A stretch of 64,000 nucleotides of DNA from an uncultured Granulosicoccaceae bacterium (GTDB taxonomy: Bacteria; Pseudomonadota; Gammaproteobacteria; CALCKW01), in contig CALCKW010000059.1 in the NCBI GenBank assembly GCA_937965695.1, positions 351-64,350 of the forward strand, written 5' to 3'. Shown here in pieces: positions 20,238-31,075 of this stretch (position 1 is its first letter; each line of letters starts with the position of its first letter). The position numbers and the translations under genes are program-made. A model generated the notes under the pieces. It saw only the letters and a list, made by a program, of their open reading frames with translations. It had not been told where the DNA came from and made no database searches.

Positions 20238-20978
20238 CTAGATGGCTAGATATTCGTTACGAAGCTTTTCGTTGTTGAGGACTTCTTCAGCTGAGCCATC
20301 GAACACGACTTGTCCCGTATCTAAAATCACTGCGCGGTCTGCTAGACGCAACGCCGCCACTGCATTTTGCTCAACGATAATGGTGGTGATTCCGAGTTCG
20401 CGGATTGAGCTTACGATGCGTTCTATCTCTTGCACGATAACTGGTGCAAGACCTTCATAGGGTTCGTCAAGCAGTAGAATTTTTACGTCCCTTGCCATGG
20501 CTCTGGCGACAGCAAGCATTTGTTGCTCTCCACCAGACAATGTCGTTCCTTCCTGGGTACGACGTTCTGCAAGGCGAGGGAAGCTCTCGTAAATTCGCTC
20601 AAGTGACCAACCAATCGGCGGAGCAATTTGAGCTAATTTTAAGTTCTCTTCCACCGTCAAGCCGGGGATGATGCGTCGATCTTCTGGGACGAGGGCAACG
20701 CCTTCTTGTGCGGCCTCGTGTGCCTTCATTTCGTGCAGTGGTTTACCACCTAGCCAAATTTCGCCTTGGTGTACTGCAGGATCATCCACCCGCGCAATGG
20801 TGCGCAATGATGATGTTTTACCTGCGCCGTTTCGACCGAGGAGGGCGAGTACTTCGCCTTCTTTGATGCTGAAGCTTATGCCTTGGACGATGTAGCTTTC
20901 GCCATAGTAGGCGTGTACATCACGCACACTAAAAAAACTATCATCGGCTGACGGGTTGTTTGTTGTTTCACTGGTCAT
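20238..20978 (-). CDS. HAAT (Liv-type) ABC ATP-binding protein, LivF-like
   Basis: GRNGAGKT, VPEDRRI, LSGGEQQM, LLDEP. Confidence 0.9.
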   Translation of the reverse strand: MTSETTNNPSADDSFFSVRDVHAYYGESYIVQGISFSIKEGEVLALLGRNGAGKTSSLRTIARVDDPAVHQGEIWLGGKPLHEMKAHEAAQEGVALVPEDRRIIPGLTVEENLKLAQIAPPIGWSLERIYESFPRLAERRTQEGTTLSGGEQQMLAVARAMARDVKILLLDEPYEGLAPVIVQEIERIVSSIRELGITTIIVEQNAVAALRLADRAVILDTGQVVFDGSAEEVLNNEKLRNEYLAI

Positions 20979-21736
20979 ACTTCTACGCCTCCGAGATAGG
21001 CTTCCTGCACTTTAGGGTTGCCGCGGATTTCATCTGGAGTACCTTCGGCGATTATCTGGCCTTGGGCGAGGACACTGATGCGATCACAAAGGCTGAATAC
21101 CACATGCATGTCATGCTCGATGATGACTTTTGTCAGGCCGTGTGACTTCGACAGCCCTTTGAGTAGATCGATAGTCGCATTGGTGTCTGCGCGAGACATG
21201 CCAGCCGTCGGTTCGTCGAGCAACAATAGTTTGGGTGACTGACTGAGACACATCGCCATTTCCAAGCGGCGTTTGTCACCGCGGGACATAGCGCCTGCGT
21301 GGTTATGCATTTTGTCAGCGAGACCGATATCTTCAAGTGTAGAAATCGCATGATTTCGAATCTCGGAATCGGTATCCAAACGTGGCCACCAATTGACTTT
21401 GAATGCACCATCCCGATGAGCAAGGCTAGGGATCATTACGTTTTCAAGGATAGTTAAATCCGAGAAAATCTCCGGCGTTTGAAAAACACGGCTGACACCC
21501 GCTTGGTTTATCTCATGGGGTTTTAATCCAAGAACCGACTTGCCGTTAAAATTAACGGTGCCCGTATCAGGTATCAGCTTTCCAATCAGACAGTTGAGGA
21601 AAGTAGATTTCCCCGCACCGTTGGGCCCGATAATGCCGTGAACCGTTCCTTCGGTTACATCAAATTTTTTGACGTCCAGTGCTTGTAGCCCGCCGAAGCG
21701 TTTGGAGACGTCAGTGACTGATAATATAGTCGACAT
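20975..21736 (-). CDS. HAAT ABC ATP-binding protein, LivG-like
   Basis: GPNGAGKST, LLLDEPTAGM, IEHDM, VQEAYLG; alternative GTG start 21751. Confidence 0.9.
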   Translation of the reverse strand: MSTILSVTDVSKRFGGLQALDVKKFDVTEGTVHGIIGPNGAGKSTFLNCLIGKLIPDTGTVNFNGKSVLGLKPHEINQAGVSRVFQTPEIFSDLTILENVMIPSLAHRDGAFKVNWWPRLDTDSEIRNHAISTLEDIGLADKMHNHAGAMSRGDKRRLEMAMCLSQSPKLLLLDEPTAGMSRADTNATIDLLKGLSKSHGLTKVIIEHDMHVVFSLCDRISVLAQGQIIAEGTPDEIRGNPKVQEAYLGGVEV

Positions 21737-21747
21737 ATTTTCCGTCC

Positions 21748-22947
21748 TCACTTAGACGCAGCAGAATCAGATTCCACTGTTTGGTTGCGTTTTTTACCGA
21801 TGCCGAAGAGTCTGGCGATCCGCTGACCACCTTCAACCAATCCACCGGGGAGGAAAATGACCACTAACATGAAGATAAGGCCAAGTGTCAAATGCCAACT
21901 TTTACCTGTGAACATGTTTAGGAACAAGACCACCCATTCTGAGGCTGCATCAGGCAGGAACTCAAACCAACCTTTAAGGACCGTCTCGTTGATCTTAGAT
22001 AGAATATTTTCCATGTACTTGATAGCACCGGCTCCGAGTACGGGACCGATCAAAGTGCCAGCACCGCCCAGAATGGTCATCAAAACCACCTCGCCTGATG
22101 CCGTCCAAAACATGCGTTCTGGTCCTACTTGAGAATCCATGGCGACCAATAGTCCGCCAGCTAATCCAGCGTACATGCCAGAGATAACGAAGGCCGCCAG
22201 TGTGTAAGGTTTAGTATTTAAACCGGTATAGCTCATGCGGTTTTGATTAGACTTTACAGCACGCAACATGGTGCCAAAGGGCGAACGAAAAATGCGAATC
22301 GACAAGTAAAAGGCGACAAGCAAAAACAAACCAGCGATATAGTAGCCCGCATTGAAGGTGAAGACCCAGTCCCCAAAATTGACAATGTAGGAATCACGCA
22401 TGCCTATGCCAAAAAGGTTTGCGGCTGGGGATTCTCCTGCTGATAACTCTGCATCGAGTATCCGGGGATCAGAGAGTTTTGGTTGCAGTCCCGTTTCTCC
22501 GCCCGTAATAGGGGTGAGTACGGAATAGGCGAGCGCGTAAGACATCTCCGCAAAAGCCAATGTCAATATCGAAAAGTAGATACCAGACCGACGCAGTGAG
22601 ATGTAACCGACCAACAGGCTAAATACACCCGCTACGATTACTGACAAGATGATCGCTGGAATGACGTTCATCGTCAGTAGTTTCATCATCCAGATCGCAG
22701 CGTAAGAGCCTATCCCTAAGAAGGCGGCATGCCCAAAGGATAGATAACCCGTTAGGCCAAACAGAATATTAAAACCGACAGCGAATACACCAAATATAAC
22801 AAATCGCTGCAATAAGTCAGGGTATCCTGCGTTGAATTGCGCTAGCTCTGAAGAAGCTGGAAAAGGGTTGAGCAATATGGGTGCAAGAGCAACACAAAGC
22901 ACAACCAGCATGAACAGGGCGAAGTCTGAAAATTTTAATCCAAGCAT
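21748..22947 (-). CDS. HAAT ABC permease, LivM-like
   Basis: [32 protein letters not shown]. Confidence 0.88.
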   Translation of the reverse strand: MLGLKFSDFALFMLVVLCVALAPILLNPFPASSELAQFNAGYPDLLQRFVIFGVFAVGFNILFGLTGYLSFGHAAFLGIGSYAAIWMMKLLTMNVIPAIILSVIVAGVFSLLVGYISLRRSGIYFSILTLAFAEMSYALAYSVLTPITGGETGLQPKLSDPRILDAELSAGESPAANLFGIGMRDSYIVNFGDWVFTFNAGYYIAGLFLLVAFYLSIRIFRSPFGTMLRAVKSNQNRMSYTGLNTKPYTLAAFVISGMYAGLAGGLLVAMDSQVGPERMFWTASGEVVLMTILGGAGTLIGPVLGAGAIKYMENILSKINETVLKGWFEFLPDAASEWVVLFLNMFTGKSWHLTLGLIFMLVVIFLPGGLVEGGQRIARLFGIGKKRNQTVESDSAASK

Positions 22948-22951
22948 GGGT

Positions 22952-23983
22952 TCAATCCTCCATCACGCCGCGCCGACCCATCAGTCCTCGCGGACGGGTT
23001 AGCAGGACAATAATGGCTACAAGGTAAATGATAACTTGATTTATACCAGGGGCAATGTCGATGACTTCGGTCATTGAAGCAAGACTTTGTAGAATCCCCA
23101 ACAGAAACCCAGAGAGTACCGCTCCGCCCAAGCTGCCCATCCCGCCGACGACCACCACAACAAAAGACAAGACTAAAAAGTCCATTCCCATGTTGTAGTT
23201 GGGTGCGTTTATAGGAGCGTACATAGCACCAGCCACACCTGCGACGCAGGCGGCTATCGCGAACATGATGGTAAATTTGCGATCGATATTAATGCCTAGT
23301 AACCCGACGGTTTCTCTGTCTTGCATTCCCGCTCGAACCACCATACCAAAAGTTGTAAATTGCAAAAATGCAAACACTGCGGTGATGATGATGGCGGCGA
23401 AGCCGAAGTAGATGAGTCGCCAGTACGGGTAGACAACGGTGAAGGGGTCTAACCCGATTAAGACACCAACATCTAGAGAACCCACAAAAGCCGAAGGGGC
23501 AGGGGTGGGAACAGGGTTGGCGCCATAAAAGTATTTTATAACCTCACCCAGCACGATAGCGAGACCGAAGGTAACCAAGATTTGATCTGCGTGCGGGCGT
23601 TTGTAGAAGTGTTTTATCAGACCACGCTCCATCGTAATACCGATGATAATCATGATGGGAATAGTCACAAGTAGCGATATGGGTACTGACCAGTCGACGA
23701 TGAGCTGCCCCATCTCTGGCCCAAACCATTGATCGACGTAAGGCACTTTGACTTGCAGCGGTTTGCCGAGAAAGTCTGTGCGAGTTTCATCTAGAACAAT
23801 TTGCGAGATGCTCAATACTCTAGAGATGGTTACCGCACAAAAAGCACCGATCATGAACAAAGCACCGTGGGCGAAATTGACCACGCCAAGTGTGCCGAAA
23901 ATTAGCGTTAAACCCAGAGCTATAAGGGCGTATGCAGATCCCTTATTGAGGCCGTCTAGGATTTGCAGAATGATGGCTTCCAT
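22952..23983 (-). CDS. HAAT ABC permease, LivH-like
   Basis: [34 protein letters not shown]. Confidence 0.88.
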   Translation of the reverse strand: MEAIILQILDGLNKGSAYALIALGLTLIFGTLGVVNFAHGALFMIGAFCAVTISRVLSISQIVLDETRTDFLGKPLQVKVPYVDQWFGPEMGQLIVDWSVPISLLVTIPIMIIIGITMERGLIKHFYKRPHADQILVTFGLAIVLGEVIKYFYGANPVPTPAPSAFVGSLDVGVLIGLDPFTVVYPYWRLIYFGFAAIIITAVFAFLQFTTFGMVVRAGMQDRETVGLLGINIDRKFTIMFAIAACVAGVAGAMYAPINAPNYNMGMDFLVLSFVVVVVGGMGSLGGAVLSGFLLGILQSLASMTEVIDIAPGINQVIIYLVAIIVLLTRPRGLMGRRGVMED

Positions 23984-24046
23984 CGACCGCGTCCTGTCTT
24001 AAAAATTGTTGTGTAAAACCCAATGGAAACAGAGGGCGGAGAAGAG

Positions 24047-24069
24047 CAGGTGCCCCGTGTGGGCACCTG
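24047..24069 (-). terminator. Intra-operon stem-loop after the binding-protein gene
   Basis: CAGGTGCCC-cgtgt-GGGCACCTG perfect 9-bp stem. Confidence 0.55.
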
Positions 24070-24081
24070 ACCAGGCTTGAA

Positions 24082-25437
24082 TTAGCCTGCGTTGCAGCTA
24101 CCAAGAGTGGCTTCTGCACCACCCATCTGCGGGTGGTTTGGCTCGTACATGACTTGATCAACTGGTGTCACTTCAACAACTTCCAGAAGGTCAAACTCAT
24201 TGTCCGGATTCTCTTTACCCTTCACGACCAAGACATCTTTAAAGCACTGATGATCTTCTGCGCGGTAGAGAGTTTTACCGTTACCCATGCCGTCGAACTC
24301 AAACCCTTCCAGTGCTTCAACTACAGCACAAGGATCGAAGCTGCCAGCGCGTTCGCACGCATCAGCATAGAGCAGAGTCTGCACGTAGCAAGTATGAGCA
24401 GCCTGTGAAGGTGGGAAACCGTATTTCTCACCGAAGGACTTAACGAATGCTTTAGAACCTTCATCAGTCAAAGACCAATGCCAGTTTGTGGAACCGTAAA
24501 TACCTTTAACGTTTGCACCAGCACCCTTCGCCATTAGGCGAGAGTAGAGTGGTACAACGATTTCAAACTGCTTACCGTTAACCATCTTGTCTCGAAGACC
24601 GAACTGTACAGCGTTGGTCAAAGAGTTAACCATGTTGCCGCCGTAGTGGTTCAGAACCAGAACGTCAGCATCAGATTGCAACACTGGAGCAATGTAAGAA
24701 GAGAAGTCAGTCTCTTTCAGAGGGGTTTTGACTGTATTGACAGTTTCCCAACCCATCGCTTCAGTTGCCTGGGTTACGGCTTCTTCAGTGGTGTAGCCCC
24801 AGTTGTAATCTGCAGTTAGGTGATAAGCTTTACGGTCTTTACCGTAAGCATTGCCCAGTACTGGAGCAAGAGCAGCACCTGACATGTACGAGTTAAAGAA
24901 ATGGCGGAAACCATTTGCCTTGCGGTCTTTACCCGTTGTGTCGTTTGAGTGCGTCAAGCCAGCCATGAAGATGATACCAACTTCCTGACAAAGTGCCTGA
25001 ACAGCAACAGCAACTCCAGAAGAAGAGCCACCAGTGATCATAACAGCGCCGTCTTTCTCGATCATGGATCGAGCTGATGCGCGTGCGGCGTCAGATTTGG
25101 TCTGCGTGTCACCTGTCACATACTTGACTTCTTTGCCAAGAATACCAGCACCACTTAGTGCCTTTGATGAAAAGGTGTTGAGCATTCCGCCGTCACCGCC
25201 ACCGTTGAGGTGTTCTACAGCTAGTTCGTAAGCTCGCAGTTCGTCGGCACCCTCATCGGCATACGGTCCAGACTGAGGAACGTTAAACCCTAGAGTAACG
25301 CTGCTGGCACTGCCAGGATCGTTTGCATAGCCATAAGCTTTGCTGGTGAAGATAGTAGGGGCCCCAGTGACGAGTGCTCCCGCGGCAGTAGCCTTGATAA
25401 ATCCGCGACGATTTAACTCCGGCGTTTTTTTGGTCAT
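24082..25437 (-). CDS. Tat-exported HAAT substrate-binding protein
   Basis: Twin-arginine NRRGFIK; PQSGPYA, GGSSSGV, TADYNWG; heads the livHMGF-like operon. Confidence 0.85.
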   Translation of the reverse strand: MTKKTPELNRRGFIKATAAGALVTGAPTIFTSKAYGYANDPGSASSVTLGFNVPQSGPYADEGADELRAYELAVEHLNGGGDGGMLNTFSSKALSGAGILGKEVKYVTGDTQTKSDAARASARSMIEKDGAVMITGGSSSGVAVAVQALCQEVGIIFMAGLTHSNDTTGKDRKANGFRHFFNSYMSGAALAPVLGNAYGKDRKAYHLTADYNWGYTTEEAVTQATEAMGWETVNTVKTPLKETDFSSYIAPVLQSDADVLVLNHYGGNMVNSLTNAVQFGLRDKMVNGKQFEIVVPLYSRLMAKGAGANVKGIYGSTNWHWSLTDEGSKAFVKSFGEKYGFPPSQAAHTCYVQTLLYADACERAGSFDPCAVVEALEGFEFDGMGNGKTLYRAEDHQCFKDVLVVKGKENPDNEFDLLEVVEVTPVDQVMYEPNHPQMGGAEATLGSCNAG

Positions 25438-25653
25438 TTATGAACTCCCTTTGGGCATTGCCCGTAGTGGTTTGCGGTTTCACCGCTCGTTCCTGCTTTC
25501 GACAGACATTGTCGAATTCGCACTGCGCGAGTACTCACAGTTCTGTGCTGCGTTCATCCGCGACAGGCGTTATTGTGCAGCTATCTGACAATATTTTGTA
25601 AGTTCTTATAAATCAATAGTATAGCTCCAAAAATATTAGATATCGTCAAAGTT

Positions 25654-25693
25654 TGTTACCTATCAACACAGTAAAACGGGTTGATAGGTAACA
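25654..25693. repeat. Perfect 14-bp inverted repeat with 12-nt spacer
   Basis: TGTTACCTATCAAC (25654-25667) and GTTGATAGGTAACA (25680-25693). Confidence 0.8.
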
Positions 25694-26137
25694 TTTAGTG
25701 CTTGTTGCGTACCCACTATGAATTGACTTGCTATTTTTAGCGCTGGAGGAGCACTTTGGTCTTTAATCATCAAGCATTAGAGCTTGGCACCCAGGATCAA
25801 CGGCATATGCTTGGGTGAAGCGAGCACATTTTTAGGACGCGATCTAAATCAGGTAGTGCGATTGATGCCTTGTCCACCTCCGAGGTATGGCCTTCATATA
25901 AAATTGACTTGGCTGTTAAAGGTGAATGGGTCTACGCCAGTGGTTAAGTCAGCAAGGTTTAATTCAATCATTCTTTCGATTCATCGGCTCAGCCACGCAA
26001 CACGAGCGCGCTGTTATTGATCAGAGCATTCATATTTAAGCTTTGCAAATGTGCGATATTGTGGTGCTTCGGCTATTTATGGGGCGCGCACTGCAAGTAT
26101 GTCGTGCTGTATTACTGATTTAAATGAGGATTTGCTT

Positions 26138-26902
26138 GTGGTACTTGGAATTCTGGGAACAGGACATTTGGCGAGTTATACAGTCGCGGGTCTACGCCAT
26201 GCTGGAGATCGTCGCCGCATCATACTGTCGCCACGAAATGCGAGCACTGCTGCTCAGTTAGCTGAAGAGCACGGTTGCGAGGTAGCGTCTAGTAATCAGG
26301 ACGTTATTGATAACAGCGAGGTGGTTTTGCTTTCGGTGCGACCTGGTAATCGCAAATCGCTATTAACAGGCTTGCAGTTTAAGTCAAATCAACTGGTTAT
26401 TTCAGTGATGGCAGGTGTTAGTGTTGAAGAATTATTGCAGTTTTCAAATCTTTCGGACGTGACATTGGTTCGTTCACTGCCCATCCAATGCTCGGCTGTC
26501 GGTGTAGGTCCAGTTCCTCTTTTCCCGGCCAACGAGGAAGCCCAGCAGATGCTTGCAGCTTTGGGGTCAGTCGTTGTGTTGGGCAGTGAACATCAGTTCG
26601 AAACGGCTTCCAGTATTGGTTGCATGCACGGGTGGGTGTATCCATGGTTGGCAGCGATGAGTCGCTGGGCCCAAGAGCAGGGAATGGAGAGCGAAGCTGC
26701 AGGAGAGCTAACGCTTGCTGCGGTTGCTGGTGCTGTTGCCTACAGTCAGGCACAAGGACCGAGTAGCATGGCTGGAATTGGCGATGGGATAGCTGACGAG
26801 GGAACTTACACTTTAGCTGGCTTGCAGCAAATGCAGAGTCAAAATGCTTTTGTAGCATGGACAGAAGCGATGGACATGGTGGCGGAAAAAGCTCGGCAAT
26901 GA
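26138..26902 (+). CDS. Pyrroline-5-carboxylate reductase family protein (divergent ProC-like)
   Basis: GILGTGHLA Rossmann motif, VLLSVRP, ISVMAG, EGTYT; GTG 26138 after GAGGA. Confidence 0.7.
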   Translation: MVLGILGTGHLASYTVAGLRHAGDRRRIILSPRNASTAAQLAEEHGCEVASSNQDVIDNSEVVLLSVRPGNRKSLLTGLQFKSNQLVISVMAGVSVEELLQFSNLSDVTLVRSLPIQCSAVGVGPVPLFPANEEAQQMLAALGSVVVLGSEHQFETASSIGCMHGWVYPWLAAMSRWAQEQGMESEAAGELTLAAVAGAVAYSQAQGPSSMAGIGDGIADEGTYTLAGLQQMQSQNAFVAWTEAMDMVAEKARQ

Positions 26903-26989
26903 TTCGAAGTTCCCGAGTGAAGCCGAGGGTTAAATTTTTGACTTGAACAGTTATTACAAGCTTACTTCGAGATTTTTTTGGACATTGAA

Positions 26990-27910
26990 ATGTTATTTGG
27001 TGAGAACTTTAAAATAGAAAAGATAGGCTGTGGCGAGTTAAGTATTAACGTTCAACACGGTGGCAAAGGGCAGCCTTTATTGCTGCTGCATGGCTACCCT
27101 CAAAACCATAGTATGTGGCACACGGTTGCACCTGCGTTAGCCGAGCAATTCACCGTTATCTGTCCAGATCTGCGTGGGTATGGAGACAGCGATAAACCGC
27201 GGGGAAATGCTGATCATAGCAACTACAGCAAACGGGTGATGGCCGCAGACATTGCAGCTCTTATGCACAACTTAGGGCACGAGAGCTTCGTCATTGCCGC
27301 ACACGACCGTGGAGCACGTGTCGCACATAGAATGTTACTGGACTATCCAGAGCGCATCGATGGTGCTTGTATTATGGACATTACTCCGACGCATCATATG
27401 TTGGAAACAACTAACTTGGAATTTGCAAGCGCATATTATCATTGGTTTTTCTTATTGCAGCCAGATGGCTTACCCGAAAAAATGATTGGTGCTGATACAG
27501 ACTATTACCTGAGTGAGTGCCTGCGGCGCTGGAGCAAGTCCGGTGCGAAATTTGATTCGAAGGCGCTCGCTCAATATAAGCGTTGTTTTGCAGATTCAGC
27601 GACAGTGCATGCTAGCTGTGAGGACTATCGAGCCGCGGTTCATGTTGATCTCGTGCATGATAAGGCAGATCGTAGAAAACGAATCCAATGCCCTTTATTG
27701 CTACTCTGGGGTGATGCTGGCTTTGTTGGTCGAAGTTATGATGTGCTGAAAACATGGAGGGAATATGCCTCAGATGTTCGTGGGCATGCACTTGACGCAG
27801 GTCACTTTGTGGTCGAAGAGGCGCCCGCCGAAGTATTGCACGCGATGCTTGATTTTTTTGCGATGTTAAAAAATATTTCTTCTGCGGACGAATTGAATTC
27901 CGCTAAATAA
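26990..27910 (+). CDS. Alpha/beta hydrolase, haloacetate (fluoroacetate) dehalogenase family
   Basis: HGYPQ, YSKRVMA, HDRGARV, MDITPT, YYHWFF, CEDYRA, GHF. Confidence 0.85.
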   Translation: MLFGENFKIEKIGCGELSINVQHGGKGQPLLLLHGYPQNHSMWHTVAPALAEQFTVICPDLRGYGDSDKPRGNADHSNYSKRVMAADIAALMHNLGHESFVIAAHDRGARVAHRMLLDYPERIDGACIMDITPTHHMLETTNLEFASAYYHWFFLLQPDGLPEKMIGADTDYYLSECLRRWSKSGAKFDSKALAQYKRCFADSATVHASCEDYRAAVHVDLVHDKADRRKRIQCPLLLLWGDAGFVGRSYDVLKTWREYASDVRGHALDAGHFVVEEAPAEVLHAMLDFFAMLKNISSADELNSAK

Positions 27911-27952
27911 CTACCGATGACCAACTACGACTGAGTTTTACAGTGTAGATTT

Positions 27953-29131
27953 TTATAGGCTGAGTTGATTCGAGTGTGCCAGTAATCTCGGCAGCTGTAT
28001 TTCTGCAAGAGCGCCACCACCGGTATTGTTTTCGAGCACTAGCTGCCCGCCGTGGCGTTCGACAATTTGGCGGGCGATCAACAAGCCAAAGCCGGTGTTA
28101 TGATGGTCTATATTTTGTGTTTTTGGAGCCGATTCATCCTTGAGCCCAGCCGGGAATCCAGATCCTGTATCAGTGATCTGCAGGCACACTCTGTCTACCG
28201 CTTGCCAGCTTTTTATGCAAATTTCTCTGGGTTTACGCTCTGGCTGTTGCAAAAGCTCTCTAACAGCATTGTCTAGCAAGTTTGTCAGTGCGCGGCACAT
28301 GAGCTCACCGTCTAACGAGGCAGCGCTTGACCCTTGCGGTTGCCATTTCAACGCTATAGAACTGGGCACCCGAAAATCGCTAATAATACGAGATGCCCAA
28401 TCGTTCAAATCAAGGTGTTGCGGGTGCAGTGGAAAAGGCTTGCTGTAGTCAAGAAGTGAGGATATGGCGCTTTCACAGCGGTGCATGGCACGCTCACTCC
28501 GAGAAAGAATACGATTTACCTCAGGTGTGTCGGGTAAATGGTTTTGCAACAATTTCAAGCTAGCACCCAAAGTGCTTAGAGGGTTTCGTAGCTCGTGGTT
28601 TTGCATGGCCAAAGCTCTGCCCACAGAGGACAGCCGTTCGTCGTACTCGAGCTTTGCTTTTATGTCTTCCGTATCTAAGTAGGTTGATTCTTTAAGTACA
28701 GGCTTGCGGAAATAGGTGTTGTGCAGAGTATCACTAGAAATTTCTACGGGGCGGCAATCACTCGTCACATCTACACCGATATTTAACACAGACCACACTT
28801 CTTCGCTGCTATCAAAACATGGAATATAGCGAACAGAAAGGACACGATCTACATCGTCAATGGAGTGTTCAATTTGATAGGAGACAAATTCTCCATTTAG
28901 GCAGGCGCGCAATCTTGGGCCAATTTGACGTTCGTAGTGTTCGGCTGCCATGCAGTCTCTCACCGGCATACCGACCATTGCATCAGAACTTAAATCTAGC
29001 CTTTTCGCGTAGGCGCCACTGGCGTAGAGGTAACATTCTTCTGGGTCAATCAGCGCTATGCCAATGGGGGCAAAACGGAGAGCCCTCAGTAGGTGCCCAG
29101 AATCCATCCTTTTGCGTCCTGTTGATTTCAC
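27953..29131 (-). CDS. Cytoplasmic PAS-domain histidine kinase
   Basis: N-terminal PAS (APIGIALID...GVDVT), NHELRNPL, NLLDNA, DTGSG, TGFGL. Confidence 0.82.
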   Translation of the reverse strand: MKSTGRKRMDSGHLLRALRFAPIGIALIDPEECYLYASGAYAKRLDLSSDAMVGMPVRDCMAAEHYERQIGPRLRACLNGEFVSYQIEHSIDDVDRVLSVRYIPCFDSSEEVWSVLNIGVDVTSDCRPVEISSDTLHNTYFRKPVLKESTYLDTEDIKAKLEYDERLSSVGRALAMQNHELRNPLSTLGASLKLLQNHLPDTPEVNRILSRSERAMHRCESAISSLLDYSKPFPLHPQHLDLNDWASRIISDFRVPSSIALKWQPQGSSAASLDGELMCRALTNLLDNAVRELLQQPERKPREICIKSWQAVDRVCLQITDTGSGFPAGLKDESAPKTQNIDHHNTGFGLLIARQIVERHGGQLVLENNTGGGALAEIQLPRLLAHSNQLSL

Positions 29132-29576
29132 TAAGCGGTTTAGGGTATCGCATTACTGCGTGCTTGTAATATTTTTTTTATGCATAACCACTAAGCCGCG
29201 TGTTACTAGTCCACGCGATTTTTCTGGGAGCGTTAACAACAGAGACTTATACCGTTTTTTGTAAATTTGATAAAATTGACTAAGCAATGTGATGCAGTGA
29301 AAGTTCAAGTATCTAATTGTTCCTATGCGCTATATGAAAATTAAATTATATGTAAAAAGCTGCTTATTCTTTGGTCAATTCTTACTTAGGCTTTGTTGTC
29401 GAGAGCCTGTCTTTCTGGTTCACAGAAGGTTCATTGTCTCAATTCTTCTCAGGGCTTAAATTTGAATTGCCCTGCTGTGTCATTCATTTAGCGTGCAACA
29501 CGGCGAATGAAAGTATTCCTTCTAAGGGGTTAATATTTTATGATGGTCTCGATCTTCAAAAAATGGACGTAGAAAA

Positions 29577-29801
29577 TTGACGCAAAAATCTGATAGAGAT
29601 ATCGAAAAAGAATACCCCACCGCTGAATTTGTCGCCAAGTTGCGACGTCTTGCCGATGCCTTAGAGACCGGTGAACAATTTGAGATTCAGATTGCGGGCG
29701 AGAGAATTTACGTGCCTGTTCGAGCCATCTATAACATTGAACACGAGCGTGGCGACTCAGAAGAAGAGATTGAATTTCAAATCAAATGGTCACGCGACTA
29801 A
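29577..29801 (+). CDS. Amphi-Trp domain protein
   Basis: AKLRRLADAL amphipathic helix and EEEIEFQIKW terminus. Confidence 0.8.
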   Translation: MTQKSDRDIEKEYPTAEFVAKLRRLADALETGEQFEIQIAGERIYVPVRAIYNIEHERGDSEEEIEFQIKWSRD

Positions 29802-29917
29802 CAATCGACACGCGAGAACGGTTGACCGAAGGCTAATCGACCTGTGCTCAAAGGTGTTAGCCCTCGTTTTATTGGCTGCATACTCGCCCGAGAATTGTGC
29901 GAGTAAAGCGACTGTGG

Positions 29918-31021
29918 CTAGGCCGGAGCCTGTAAGCGTTTAAAAGCCTGACCTTCGGCATTAAACAGATGCAAATCTTGACTAGCAAAATATAATGTCA
30001 TGGATTCGCCTCCCACTTTTTCGATGGAGCCCTTGGTTTCGACAACAAAGTTATCCATGCCGTGTGCAGCGCCGTACAGGTAGCTTCGGCCACCGAGATT
30101 TTCACTCACATCTACTTTGAGACCTAAGCTATTTTGATTCTCTTCCGGTGAAATATCCTCCGGACGGAGGCCCACTGTAAGCGAATCCCCAGTCGTCGCA
30201 CCAGACGTGTCGATCGGTGCTTTGATTTCGCTGCCGTCTGCAAGCTTTAAGATACTCTCTTGGCTATCAGCGTGTTGTAAGGTGGCGCTGAAGAAGTTCA
30301 TGCGTGGGGAGCCAATAAAGCCAGCAACAAACTGATTTTTAGGATGATGGTAAAGCTGCATTGGGGTGCCAAACTGTTCAACTTTTCCGGCGCGAAGCAG
30401 GGCGATGCGGTCAGCCATGGTCATGGCTTCCACTTGATCGTGGGTAACGTAAATCATGGTCGCGTCGCCCAGTTGTTTGTGTAGGCGACTTAGCTGGAGA
30501 CGCATCTCTACACGCAGTTCGGCGTCTAAGTTGGATAGCGGTTCGTCGAAAAGGAAAATCTTGGGGTTGCGAACAATGGCTCGGCCTATGGCTACTCGTT
30601 GGCGCTGTCCACCGGAAAGCTCCTTGGGTTTACGCTTAAGGTACGTGCCTAGCTGTAGTATATCCGCCGCCCGTTGCACTGCCGCATTTCGGTCTTCGAC
30701 TGATACACCGTTCATTTTTAGGCCAAATTCCATGTTCTCTTCGACTGTCATGTGAGGGTAGAGCGCGTAGGATTGGAAAACCATGGCGATACCACGGTCA
30801 GCTGGGGCCACCTCAGTCACATCATTGCCGTCTATGCTGATTTGCCCATTGGTGGCTGTCTCTAAGCCCGCGATTAAACGCAAGAGGGTTGACTTGCCGC
30901 AGCCAGAAGGGCCGACAAAGGCAATGAATTCACCCGCTTTCACTTCCAGATCGACGCTAGGTATAACTGTCACATCGCCGAAAGACTTATTTAGCTTGTC
31001 TAGTTGCAGTCGCGTACTCAT
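29918..31021 (-). CDS. Sugar ABC ATP-binding protein (MalK/UgpC type)
   Basis: GPSGCGKST, VFQSYALYPHM, LSGGQRQR, DEPLSNLDA. Confidence 0.92.
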   Translation of the reverse strand: MSTRLQLDKLNKSFGDVTVIPSVDLEVKAGEFIAFVGPSGCGKSTLLRLIAGLETATNGQISIDGNDVTEVAPADRGIAMVFQSYALYPHMTVEENMEFGLKMNGVSVEDRNAAVQRAADILQLGTYLKRKPKELSGGQRQRVAIGRAIVRNPKIFLFDEPLSNLDAELRVEMRLQLSRLHKQLGDATMIYVTHDQVEAMTMADRIALLRAGKVEQFGTPMQLYHHPKNQFVAGFIGSPRMNFFSATLQHADSQESILKLADGSEIKAPIDTSGATTGDSLTVGLRPEDISPEENQNSLGLKVDVSENLGGRSYLYGAAHGMDNFVVETKGSIEKVGGESMTLYFASQDLHLFNAEGQAFKRLQAPA

Positions 31022-31075
31022 TTGTTCTCCATTCTCGCGGCCCTAAAAATGGCGCGCGCCAAGTTATTTTTTAAT

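Noticed and set aside
25784-26020. 78-aa ORF in the long intergenic region
   Set aside because: TTG start, no RBS or recognisable motif
29371-29580. 69-aa ORF upstream of the amphi-Trp gene
   Set aside because: AT-rich region, TTG start, no motif; probably promoter DNA
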